Shown here piece after piece: positions 48,601 to 56,941 of a DNA stretch of 64,000 nucleotides. The notes under the pieces are model-generated. The model had not been told where the DNA came from. It saw only the letters and a program-made list of their open reading frames with translations, and did no database searches. Where the stretch lies: NCBI GenBank assembly GCA_028711705.1, contig JAQTRS010000002.1, forward strand, positions 9,617-73,616, read 5' to 3'. The DNA is from Candidatus Moraniibacteriota bacterium (GTDB lineage Bacteria; Patescibacteriota; Minisyncoccia; Moranbacterales; UBA1568). Each line of letters begins with the position of its first letter. The first letter of the stretch is position 1. Both the position numbers and the translations under genes were made by a program.

Positions 48601-49346
48601 TACAGCGAAAAAGACACTCTCTCTTGATCATGCAGAATCCGATAGGCTTTTTGATATGGCAAAATCGACTGCAATAGCTCTTTATGCTCCGCCCAAGCAG
48701 AGGCAAAATTCGGCATACGAACAAACAATTTCAAACCAACATCCGCAACATCATCCGCTAAAGATATCGACTGTAACGTTTTTCTCGGTTCATCCAAACT
48801 CAATGGGACAGGTAAAAAATCGCCCACTCGTAATTCATCGGTTGAACAAAGAACTGTTTTCCCTTTGCGCACCACATAAAAATTGTGATCCTGAGTCACT
48901 GTTACTTCCCTTCCACAGCTTGTCCTTATGACAGAAAGCTCTTTGGGTGACGCATGTCGTGTGAATTGATTTATAGGCTTCCATGAAACCATTTTTGTCT
49001 GAGAATCGATACTATATGCCTCATACTCTCGGTATCGCGAAGGTAAATCATTCACTTCAAGCAACTCCGTATCATCAATATTTTTTATTTTTCCCGGAAA
49101 GATACTCAGGAGTTCGTCTATAAGACTTCCTATACTTACACATGACACCTTGCCATTCCTTCTTATCAACACAGGCGTGGCACCAGTTACACTTTTCCCT
49201 GTACCCGTGGCTCCCAAGAGGGTCTGTTTTTTCATGCCGCCCCGAATACCCGAAACCAGCGCTTCGATCGCCTGCGGTTGGTCCCCTGCTGGCTGATACG
49301 AACTTCTGAGAGTGAAAGGGTTGCTGCGGGGTGTTGACATTTCCAT
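45693..49346 (-). CDS. uvrB: Excinuclease ABC subunit B (UvrB) precursor interrupted by an intein (extein about 679 aa, intein 538 aa)
   Basis: Extein: …LLGATGTGK | … | [28 protein letters not shown]…, with UvrB helicase motifs and the C-terminal UvrB/UvrC interaction helix. The intein starts with Ser and ends in …FVHN before Thr. Confidence 0.85.
   Translation of the reverse strand: [1217 protein letters not shown]
47580..49193 (-). mobile_element. Intein (S52…N589 of the precursor) with an embedded LAGLIDADG homing-endonuclease domain, inserted in the UvrB Walker-A P-loop
   Basis: Block A [18 protein letters not shown]-like motifs [11 protein letters not shown] and [11 protein letters not shown]. 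Block G FVHN then T. Boundaries were verified codon by codon on the DNA. Confidence 0.8.
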
Positions 49347-49463
49347 ATATACACGATACTATGATTCTTCCATTGAGCATAGCAGAAATCTGCCTTCGTT
49401 TCAAGGAAACACCTCTCTCTGAAAGATATCCTCCCACCTTCACAATTTACACAGGAGCAACAC

Positions 49464-49850
49464 ATGGACCTTCCCGACATAGACCTTCCCGTAAACCTAC
49501 CGAAAGACTACCGCGAGAAACATGATCAGCTGGTCAAACAAATTGTCACGCTGCTCCAAGGAAAGGATCGCGTCGTCTTTGAAATATTTTCCATCAATCA
49601 AGACGCTCCTATAGGCTGGCTCAGGATCGATATTCCCGATGAGCAGCCCGATACAAGGGAAAATGCTCCATCGACACGCTTTGGTGCAATTACGGTTCGC
49701 AGCACGACCATAGCATGGCAAAGTACCGGTCTATCCTGGCTGATACCGATCGATAATACCGGCGAAATATCTGAAAATGACAGTGCTCACACCATCGTCC
49801 TCACTCATGGAGATGTAGTGATAAAGATCACCGTCCCCAAACAAGGCTGA
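49464..49850 (+). CDS. Hypothetical protein (128 aa)
   Basis: ORF with a downstream terminator; no motif recognised. Confidence 0.4.
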   Translation: MDLPDIDLPVNLPKDYREKHDQLVKQIVTLLQGKDRVVFEIFSINQDAPIGWLRIDIPDEQPDTRENAPSTRFGAITVRSTTIAWQSTGLSWLIPIDNTGEISENDSAHTIVLTHGDVVIKITVPKQG

Positions 49851-49884
49851 CGGCAATACTCGCTCCTCAAAAACGCCACCTCTA

Positions 49885-49921
49885 CCCCTCACATGCAATA
49901 CTTCGTGAGGGGATTTTTTTA
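49885..49921 (+). terminator. Rho-independent terminator (CCCCTCAC-12nt-GTGAGGGG-ATTTTTTT)
   Basis: Read directly. Confidence 0.6.
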
Positions 49922-50009
49922 CCCGAAACATCTCTTGTTTCTTTCCACTCTTTTTGTCGTAGTGTGCTTCATTAGAGCCTTGATTCCTCTCTTGTGTACC
50001 GAGAATCAT

Positions 50010-50052
50010 TGACAAATCGCAAAAAACGGAGTATAATCGAGCTAATTCTTGG
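50010..50052 (+). promoter_or_regulatory. Promoter TTGACA-17-TATAAT with a conserved downstream box CGAGCTAATTCTT; duplicated at 52234
   Basis: Read directly; GGAGTATAATCGAGCTAATTCTT versus GGAGTATACTCGAGCTAATCTTA. Confidence 0.5.
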
Positions 50053-50122
50053 GATGGAGCATTCCTTCATCGATAAGAGATAGTTCACTCACAAATACAT
50101 CTACTATAAAAGGAGGGATGTC

Positions 50123-50596
50123 ATGAAAAATCCACTGCATAACAACAAAGGGCATTCGTCCGAACATGAGAATATAGACAGCAGACTCTATCCCGGCATA
50201 GTTGCGCACGAGATAGCAGCCTGCCTTGCTCATAACAACGACTGCACGGAAGATATCAAAGCGTGGCGAGATACGGCCGACAGAATCAGATGGGAACGCT
50301 TAAAACAACTCCATCCCGGACTCATTCGGGCCATCGTGATAAAAGTGTACGACCATAAACATGGTCATATCTTTATCCAAGCAATGCTGGATTGCAATGT
50401 ACTGCACCACAGTGATATAGAGATGATCTCTATAGACTGCACATACATTCATCCGACGCTCGTGGAACTTCTGGTATCGAAGGTTCTCGAGATCGGAAAT
50501 CAATTCCAGCATCCGAAAGAAATGGTTGATGAAGTTGTTACAAATCTCAGAGCACCAAGGGAACAATTCCACCCAATGGAAGCCGAACCCATTTAA
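50123..50596 (+). CDS. Hypothetical His/Cys-rich protein (157 aa)
   Basis: A strong SD AAGGAGGGA; no motif recognised. Confidence 0.45.
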   Translation: MKNPLHNNKGHSSEHENIDSRLYPGIVAHEIAACLAHNNDCTEDIKAWRDTADRIRWERLKQLHPGLIRAIVIKVYDHKHGHIFIQAMLDCNVLHHSDIEMISIDCTYIHPTLVELLVSKVLEIGNQFQHPKEMVDEVVTNLRAPREQFHPMEAEPI

Positions 50597-50635
50597 AAAA
50601 ATCAGCGTGTATCGGCGATAACCGTCGCCGCATTA

Positions 50636-50680
50636 AAACCTGCGAAAGCATTCACTGCTTAGCAGGTTTTTAATTTTTCA
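50636..50680 (+). terminator. Stem-loop AACCTGC…GCAGGTT followed by TTTTTAATTTTT
   Basis: Read directly. It is followed by an extended-10 promoter (TGGTATAAT, 50700-50708) for the PP2C gene. Confidence 0.45.
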
Positions 50681-50777
50681 AAAACGTTTTCCGAACTGTG
50701 GTATAATGGCGCATATAGAGCTTTCATGCGCGCATCAATTTCATATCCGATGTAATCTCCTTTAAGCACACGCCTCT

Positions 50778-52196
50778 ATGCGAACACATTCCATGCTGGA
50801 GCACGCCTTCGAGCCCCAAAGCACCCTTCCTCCGAAGGAGACGAAGGAGGCCCTGACTGAAAAAGCCGAAAAAGAGCCCTCGGATATACTCACCTTGCGC
50901 AAGCGCGTCATCCGGGCGGCGGACAAGCTTCAATATATCGCCCGCATCCTGCGCGTTTACGAAACAAAGGAACAGCAGCAAGTGGCGCAGAAACGATCGG
51001 ACCTCAACTCCCGATTGATCGGTGCCTATATACACAGGAACTCCGTGCTCTACAATGAGGCCCTTTTCAAAACGGTCGACGCGGACAAGGAACTGCAAAA
51101 TATCATCGCTTTCGAACAAGAGATTGACGCACTGGAACAAGAGACGCTTCAGGTCGATGATACCATTGATGCGCGGCAAGACGAACTCCGCAGGCAGCAC
51201 CCGGAAGGCATGTTAGCTTCCGAATCGCGACTATTCGATACGCCGGCATTCGAGCACGACCCTGCTTTTGTCGGCATAAGCTCGTTTGCAAGCGAAGATC
51301 ACCCGAAGCTCAACGAGGATAGGATCGCGCAGATCGGCCCCGATGCCTATGTCGTCTTGGACGGTATGGGCGGACATGAAGGCGGAGATATCGCCGCGGC
51401 GGCCGCACTCAAGGTTGTTCATCGTACGATTCACAGGGAACTTTTCACAAAATCGTCCCCGACACTGGAAGAGGTCGAGCATGCCATACGAAACGCCATC
51501 GCAAGCGCGGACGCATGGATAATCGCCTACAATACATCGCGCATCGAAACGCAAAAACAAGAAGCGGCACAGCATGGCGAAATCCTTTCCGAAGAAGCGA
51601 TCCAAAAAATGCGTATCGGGACGACCGTCGTGCTTTCGATCATCCACACCGCGGAAAACGGAACGAAAACCCTTGTCACCGGAAGCGTCGGCGATAGCAT
51701 GGTCGCCCTCTACGCAAACGGAAGACTCGACTGCCTCACCCTCGAAGACGGTCAGCTGCTCAAATTGGCCGACGGCGATCGGGATGTGGCACGAAAACTC
51801 CAGAGTCTCTTGGCCGATTCCGAAAACGTGGCGGATTTCACACAGAGATTACATCAGGCAGGACTTTCTTTTGATGACGAAATGATCCAAACGGTCTTCT
51901 CAAACAGCAGTATGGTCAATCAGATGCTCGGACACGGCCGTAGCGAAGATGGTCGCGTCATGCCAGATATCATAACCAAGCGGCTTCAAGGAAATGAATC
52001 GCTACTTCTATGTACGGACGGCGTGCACGGTACGGGCGAAAAACTGCGTACCTCCGAAATGGAGCATATCCTTGCAGAACATGAGACTCCTCAGGAACAG
52101 AGCGATGCGCTCTGTCAGAGGGCCCGCGCGATACAAGACGGTGACCGAGGCAAAACCGATGATGCGAGCGCGCTGCTGGTAAAACTATCCGCATAA
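50778..52196 (+). CDS. PP2C-family Ser/Thr protein phosphatase with an N-terminal coiled-coil region of about 190 aa
   Basis: PP2C motifs NEDR, VLDGMGGHEGG and CTDGV…. Confidence 0.75.
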   Translation: MRTHSMLEHAFEPQSTLPPKETKEALTEKAEKEPSDILTLRKRVIRAADKLQYIARILRVYETKEQQQVAQKRSDLNSRLIGAYIHRNSVLYNEALFKTVDADKELQNIIAFEQEIDALEQETLQVDDTIDARQDELRRQHPEGMLASESRLFDTPAFEHDPAFVGISSFASEDHPKLNEDRIAQIGPDAYVVLDGMGGHEGGDIAAAAALKVVHRTIHRELFTKSSPTLEEVEHAIRNAIASADAWIIAYNTSRIETQKQEAAQHGEILSEEAIQKMRIGTTVVLSIIHTAENGTKTLVTGSVGDSMVALYANGRLDCLTLEDGQLLKLADGDRDVARKLQSLLADSENVADFTQRLHQAGLSFDDEMIQTVFSNSSMVNQMLGHGRSEDGRVMPDIITKRLQGNESLLLCTDGVHGTGEKLRTSEMEHILAEHETPQEQSDALCQRARAIQDGDRGKTDDASALLVKLSA

Positions 52197-52233
52197 CTGA
52201 TTTCGGCTCCACAAAGCTCTTGACAAAACCCTC

Positions 52234-52274
52234 TTGACAATGTCTGCCAAAGGAGTATACTCGAGCTAATCTTA
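52234..52274 (+). promoter_or_regulatory. Promoter TTGACA-16-TATACT with the conserved CGAGCTAATCTTA box (a paralogue of the 50010 promoter)
   Basis: Read directly; a second TTGACA lies 12 nt upstream. Confidence 0.5.
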
Positions 52275-52350
52275 AAGATGGTGTAAATATTTCGCCATCT
52301 CCAGGGGATAAGATACCCTTAACAAACACACAGCTTACAGGAGATGTGTC

Positions 52351-53208
52351 ATGACAACAATACAAGGGTCTTCAGTCGCCTTAGAAAAAAGTACTGAAAA
52401 CCGTAGCGAGTTTCTGGAACAGCTGAAACTCTCCCTACAATTAAAAAACGATGTGATCGAAGCCGTAAGTATTCTGTTGCATATCGACGAATTGACAGAA
52501 GAAAGCTGGCAAGAAGTCATCGACCATTTCGGTTGGAAAGATAAGGCGCAGGAACATATCCTGCTCATACACCTGATCGAGATGGTACAGAGCCACAAGA
52601 ACGGGGCCCTGCTGGTCGACAAGATCTTGTCTTTGGATAGCTTCTATTACGAGCATTTCAAAGAAGTGCTCAAGAAACTTTCAGGTGCCAATCTTGGTGT
52701 CATCGATAAGTTGGTCAAAAAAATACGGCATATCGGGGCCGCGTATAATGATGCGAAATGGGAGCCGTTGGCAACCGAATTCATCGCTATCGCAACAGGC
52801 ATGCTGAGTAAAAGCAATGATCTGTCTTACTGGTACGCGGTGGCCGATACGACCGATTTCAGATCTCTGGATTATGGATTCGTTCGAGATATCGCGTTTT
52901 TCGCAAGTAACCATAACTATGGTTATATCTTATTGGAAAAGCTTGTTTCGATCAAAATCCTGCATCTTAAGGACTTGATCGTCATAGCCAAGGCAATCAA
53001 AACGTCGGCTCATCCCATGGAAATTTCGTTCAAAATAGCGATATGGGAAGCAGTGAGGTTCTGCGGACGTAGAGATGGACACGCTCTTATCAACGAGGTC
53101 TATCCTCCAGTGTGCTATCCTAGTGTAAATTCTCATGAGTCATATCATAGACTCATAGCCATCGATCAGCCGAAATTTTCCACACCGACATGGACGCTGA
53201 TCGCATAG
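52351..53208 (+). CDS. Hypothetical alpha-helical protein (285 aa)
   Basis: SD AGGAG; no motif recognised. Confidence 0.45.
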   Translation: MTTIQGSSVALEKSTENRSEFLEQLKLSLQLKNDVIEAVSILLHIDELTEESWQEVIDHFGWKDKAQEHILLIHLIEMVQSHKNGALLVDKILSLDSFYYEHFKEVLKKLSGANLGVIDKLVKKIRHIGAAYNDAKWEPLATEFIAIATGMLSKSNDLSYWYAVADTTDFRSLDYGFVRDIAFFASNHNYGYILLEKLVSIKILHLKDLIVIAKAIKTSAHPMEISFKIAIWEAVRFCGRRDGHALINEVYPPVCYPSVNSHESYHRLIAIDQPKFSTPTWTLIA

Positions 53209-53347
53209 TCTTATCAAAGCGCTTTGCAAACCATGCAAAGCCCATACAGTAAAAACCCTCCCGCGCGCACAAGGCTGTGTCAGGGAGGGTTCTTTTTTTG
53301 TCCTTCTTAGGGTACAATAAGGTATAAACCCTTGTGATACCACCCGT

Positions 53348-54517
53348 ATGCGCATATCCTACTCCTCGCTCGAGACCTATCGCAACTGCCCGCTTAAATA
53401 CCGGTACAAGGAAATAGACAAGCTCAAAGAACCAAAATCCAAAGAGGCTGTCTTCGGGACGCTGGTGCACAGTACGATGAAATTCATCTACGACCCGGCC
53501 CTGATCCCGCCCACTATCGAGCAGGCTCTCGATCATTTTTCGCGCGGATGGAATAGCGAGATCTGGGAAAACGAACTCGAGGAACGTGCCGCCTTCTCAC
53601 AGGGTATCGAGATGATACAGAAATACTACCGTTCCAATGACCCTCGCGAAGCTACCATCGTCGCACTCGAAAGCAATTTCTCGCTCGAGATTTCCGATCC
53701 CCTGCACCCGAGAGAAACGCACACCATCCGCGGCATCATCGACCGCATCGACAAGACCGAGGACGGCTATGAAATTATCGATTACAAAACTTCCAAAAAA
53801 ATGCCGTCGCAGGATTTCGTCGATAATAACCTGCAGCTCTCCATCTATCTTAAGGCCTTCCTTACCCGTTATCCCAAGGAAGTGGAGAATATAGCCAATA
53901 TCACCGTAAGCCTGTATTTCCTCAAACACGGGGTCAAGCTTTCCTCCACACGCACGCTCGAGGACCTGCAGGAAGTGGACAATCTGTTCCTTGAAGTCAT
54001 CGGCCTCATCGAAGCCGGGGAGTTTGACGCGCATGTCTCACCACTATGCGATTGGTGCGGTTTTCAGAAAGTCTGTCCGATGTGGAAGCACAAGTTCAAG
54101 GAAGAACGCAAGATCGATTCCACCGAAATCAATCGGGCCATCGAGGACTATATCGCCACTAAACGCGAGTTGACGCTGCAAAAGCTGCGTGTCATGAAGC
54201 TCCAGGAAACCATCATGAACTATATGGACCAAGAGGATGTGGAGCGCGTCTTCGGCGGCGATGGCATCGTCGAACGAGCCAAACGCATTTCCTACAAATA
54301 TGATCCGGAGAAAATCCGCTCTTTCCTTGAGCCGATGGAAAAATGGGAAAGCGTCCTGAAGCTCGACCCGACCGCGCTCAAAAGGACGCTCGCCTCTTTC
54401 CCGAAGGACATGCAAAAAGAAATAGACTCGGCCTCGAAGATTATCGATAAGGAAAGCACGAGTCTTAAGGTAAAAAAAGGCGGCATGAGCACAGAGGAAG
54501 ATGGCGGGCTGGAATAA
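53348..54517 (+). CDS. PD-(D/E)XK-superfamily nuclease (RecB/Cas4-like nuclease domain with a C-terminal Cys cluster)
   Basis: The N-terminal motif SYSSLETYRNCPLKYRY, the D…IDYKTSK core, and C-terminal CDWCGFQKVCP. Confidence 0.65.
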   Translation: MRISYSSLETYRNCPLKYRYKEIDKLKEPKSKEAVFGTLVHSTMKFIYDPALIPPTIEQALDHFSRGWNSEIWENELEERAAFSQGIEMIQKYYRSNDPREATIVALESNFSLEISDPLHPRETHTIRGIIDRIDKTEDGYEIIDYKTSKKMPSQDFVDNNLQLSIYLKAFLTRYPKEVENIANITVSLYFLKHGVKLSSTRTLEDLQEVDNLFLEVIGLIEAGEFDAHVSPLCDWCGFQKVCPMWKHKFKEERKIDSTEINRAIEDYIATKRELTLQKLRVMKLQETIMNYMDQEDVERVFGGDGIVERAKRISYKYDPEKIRSFLEPMEKWESVLKLDPTALKRTLASFPKDMQKEIDSASKIIDKESTSLKVKKGGMSTEEDGGLE

Positions 54518-54523
54518 TACGGC

Positions 54524-55165
54524 CTACTCCCTCTCCTGTTTCTTTTTCCGCACCAGCCAATAGATGAGGCCGACGGAAACGATCACGAATACCGCGCCGA
54601 TCCAAAAGTGAGCATTGTGTATTTTGCGCACAAAAAAACCGACGGCCCGCATCCCGCCATAGCCGACATAGAGATAGATGAGGTTTTTCACGATAGTACC
54701 CAAAAACGTCGCGCTGATGAAGGTTCTCATATTGAGGCGGATAATGCCGCAGACGATCGAAACGGAAACGCTCGGGAAAATCGGGATGGATCGCAAAACG
54801 AAAAGCGCGACCTCATCTCCCCATCCCCCATTGAATCGCTTGCCGAGATTCTCCACATCCTTGTGATTGATACCGACGAATTTTCCGAATCTGACTACGA
54901 CGATATCTTCGAACTTATCGCCCAAAACATAGAACACCCAAGAAGCGATCGTCTTGCCGATCGCGCCGACGATGGCGATCCACAACAAAAACAGCCAGGT
55001 GTGATGCTGCGTCAAAGACAGGGATCCGGCCGTCGTCATGATGAGCGGCGCTGGGATGGGAGGGATGATTTCCTCCAGAAAAGAACCCAAAAATGCGAAA
55101 ACATCCAGCGGCAACGCATTGGCGGAAGTCTTGACGATCGCTTCGATTTGACGGAATGAATACAT
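54524..55165 (-). CDS. DedA/SNARE-associated (TVP38/TMEM64) family membrane protein
   Basis: The hydrophobicity pattern and the conserved G-rich motif region. Start chosen at MYSFRQ. Confidence 0.6.
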   Translation of the reverse strand: MYSFRQIEAIVKTSANALPLDVFAFLGSFLEEIIPPIPAPLIMTTAGSLSLTQHHTWLFLLWIAIVGAIGKTIASWVFYVLGDKFEDIVVVRFGKFVGINHKDVENLGKRFNGGWGDEVALFVLRSIPIFPSVSVSIVCGIIRLNMRTFISATFLGTIVKNLIYLYVGYGGMRAVGFFVRKIHNAHFWIGAVFVIVSVGLIYWLVRKKKQERE

Positions 55166-55368
55166 AGTTTCGGAAGAATCAAGATGGGAGGCTTGACAGG
55201 GTGTGCACAAGTGCTTTTGCCAAACAAAACCCAGGCGCACTTTACAGATTCATGCTTCTTCAGTCTAGAGTCTCTGCGGTGTCCCGTCAACCGGATATGA
55301 CGATCGCCTTGAATCGGAGTGCTTGTTTTGCTATACTGAACAGGCGAATAAAAACTAAGCGTAACACT

Positions 55369-56121
55369 ATGAACATGAAACTCCTCGCCACGGCGGCGGC
55401 AGTGCTCCTGCTTTCCGGATGCTCGCAAGAGGCGGCCACACCGCAAAAAACGACCCCAGAAGCGGACAGCGCCGTTTCCAAGGCGATAGACACGGTCGGA
55501 AAATCACGCGAGACCGTCGACGACGCGACCGCCAAGAAAAATGCCGAACTCGCGCAGGGCATGCCAGAAGAGGCCATCCCAACGAAAGACACTAAATCAT
55601 CTAACACCTCTACCGATATGCAACACGTAAACCAATACGACGGAGCTACCCTCCACACCAGCCAAGGCGACATCACCGTGAAGTTCTATAACGACGCCTC
55701 TCCTATCACCGTCAATAACTTCCTCAAGCTCGCTAGCGACAAGTTCTATGACGGTACGCGCTTCCATCGAGTCATCAAGGATTTCATGATCCAAGGCGGC
55801 GACCCGAATTCCAAAGATGCGGACTGGTCCAATGACGGCACCGGCGGACCCGGATATGCCTTCGCCGATGAGTTCAACAAGCACGCCCTCGTGAAAGGCT
55901 CCCTCGCCATGGCGAACTCGGGACCCAACACCAACGGATCACAGTTCTTCATTGTCACCGCCGCTTCCACGCCATGGCTCGATGGCAAGCACACGAATTT
56001 CGGAGAAGTGACCGGCGGCATGGACGTCGTCAGCGCGATCGAAGATGCGAAAGTGAACGCCAACGATCATCCATTGACGGATATCACCATCAAAAGCATC
56101 GACCTTATCAAGAAAAAATAA
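55369..56121 (+). CDS. Cyclophilin-type peptidyl-prolyl cis-trans isomerase, lipoprotein (LLLSGCS lipobox)
   Basis: FHRVIKDFMIQGGDP…GSQFFIV. Confidence 0.8.
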   Translation: MNMKLLATAAAVLLLSGCSQEAATPQKTTPEADSAVSKAIDTVGKSRETVDDATAKKNAELAQGMPEEAIPTKDTKSSNTSTDMQHVNQYDGATLHTSQGDITVKFYNDASPITVNNFLKLASDKFYDGTRFHRVIKDFMIQGGDPNSKDADWSNDGTGGPGYAFADEFNKHALVKGSLAMANSGPNTNGSQFFIVTAASTPWLDGKHTNFGEVTGGMDVVSAIEDAKVNANDHPLTDITIKSIDLIKKK

Positions 56122-56145
56122 ACCCTCGGTTTCTTTCATCACACA

Positions 56146-56175
56146 AAAGCTCCCTTAAAAGAGGGAGCTTTTTGA
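56146..56175. terminator. Bidirectional terminator (AGCTCCCT-TAAAAG-AGGGAGCT-TTTT)
   Basis: Read directly between convergent ppi and engB. Confidence 0.6.
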
Positions 56176-56254
56176 AACGGATTCCCACCCTATCGGGAAA
56201 TCCGACATCTATCGCTGCAGGAGATAGAAGACCTAAACAATCTTTACGCATACT

Positions 56255-56851
56255 CTACACGCATTGTTGCTGTGCGGCGATACCATCCATGAGTGCCAGA
56301 AGTTCCTCGCGGCCCTGTTTCGTCTTGGCGGAATAGGGAATCAGATCGCTCGGCCCGACCACTTTCCTGATGAGGCTCATCTGTTTCTGGACGGATGTCT
56401 TACCGGATTTGTCGACCTTGTTCGCGACGAGTATCACCTTCCTGCCGAGCGCATGCAGCAGCTCGAGCACCTCGAAGTCACTCTCCTTGAGCCCGACATT
56501 CACGTCGATGATAAGCACGACCGCATCGATACGGACCTCGGAAGAACCCAGATACCATGCCAAGAGCTTCTGAATCTTGACGCGCTGCCGAAGCGGGACC
56601 TTGGCATAGCCATAGCCGGGAAGGTCGGCAAAATAGAACTTATCGTTGATACAGAAATAGTTGATCTGTTGGGTGCGTCCCGGGGTCGAGCTTGAACGCA
56701 CCAGATCCTTGCGGTTGACCAGAGAATTGATCACGCTGGACTTCCCCACATTGGAGCGGCCGACGAAGGCGAAGGTCGGCTTGTCGGTATCGCCGGAAAT
56801 ATCCGTCGTCCCGATAATGCCTTTCACGAATTGTGCGCTGCGTATGATCAT
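56255..56851 (-). CDS. engB: Ribosome-biogenesis GTPase EngB/YihA/YsxC
   Basis: G1 GRSNVGKSS, G3 DLPGYG and G4 NKVD; 198 aa. Confidence 0.85.
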   Translation of the reverse strand: MIIRSAQFVKGIIGTTDISGDTDKPTFAFVGRSNVGKSSVINSLVNRKDLVRSSSTPGRTQQINYFCINDKFYFADLPGYGYAKVPLRQRVKIQKLLAWYLGSSEVRIDAVVLIIDVNVGLKESDFEVLELLHALGRKVILVANKVDKSGKTSVQKQMSLIRKVVGPSDLIPYSAKTKQGREELLALMDGIAAQQQCV

Positions 56852-56941
56852 CGCTGTGCCTGGTTATGATTACCCTCAAGGAAACGTTTCGTGTATCCTA
56901 CCACGATACGCCGTTCGCATCAAGGCTCTACCCTCTTCTCA

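Noticed and set aside
55201-55368. N-terminal extension of the cyclophilin ORF (track start 55201)
   Set aside because: The extension lacks a signal and has no SD, whereas the MNMKLLATAAAVLLLSGCS start at 55369 gives a textbook lipoprotein signal peptide.
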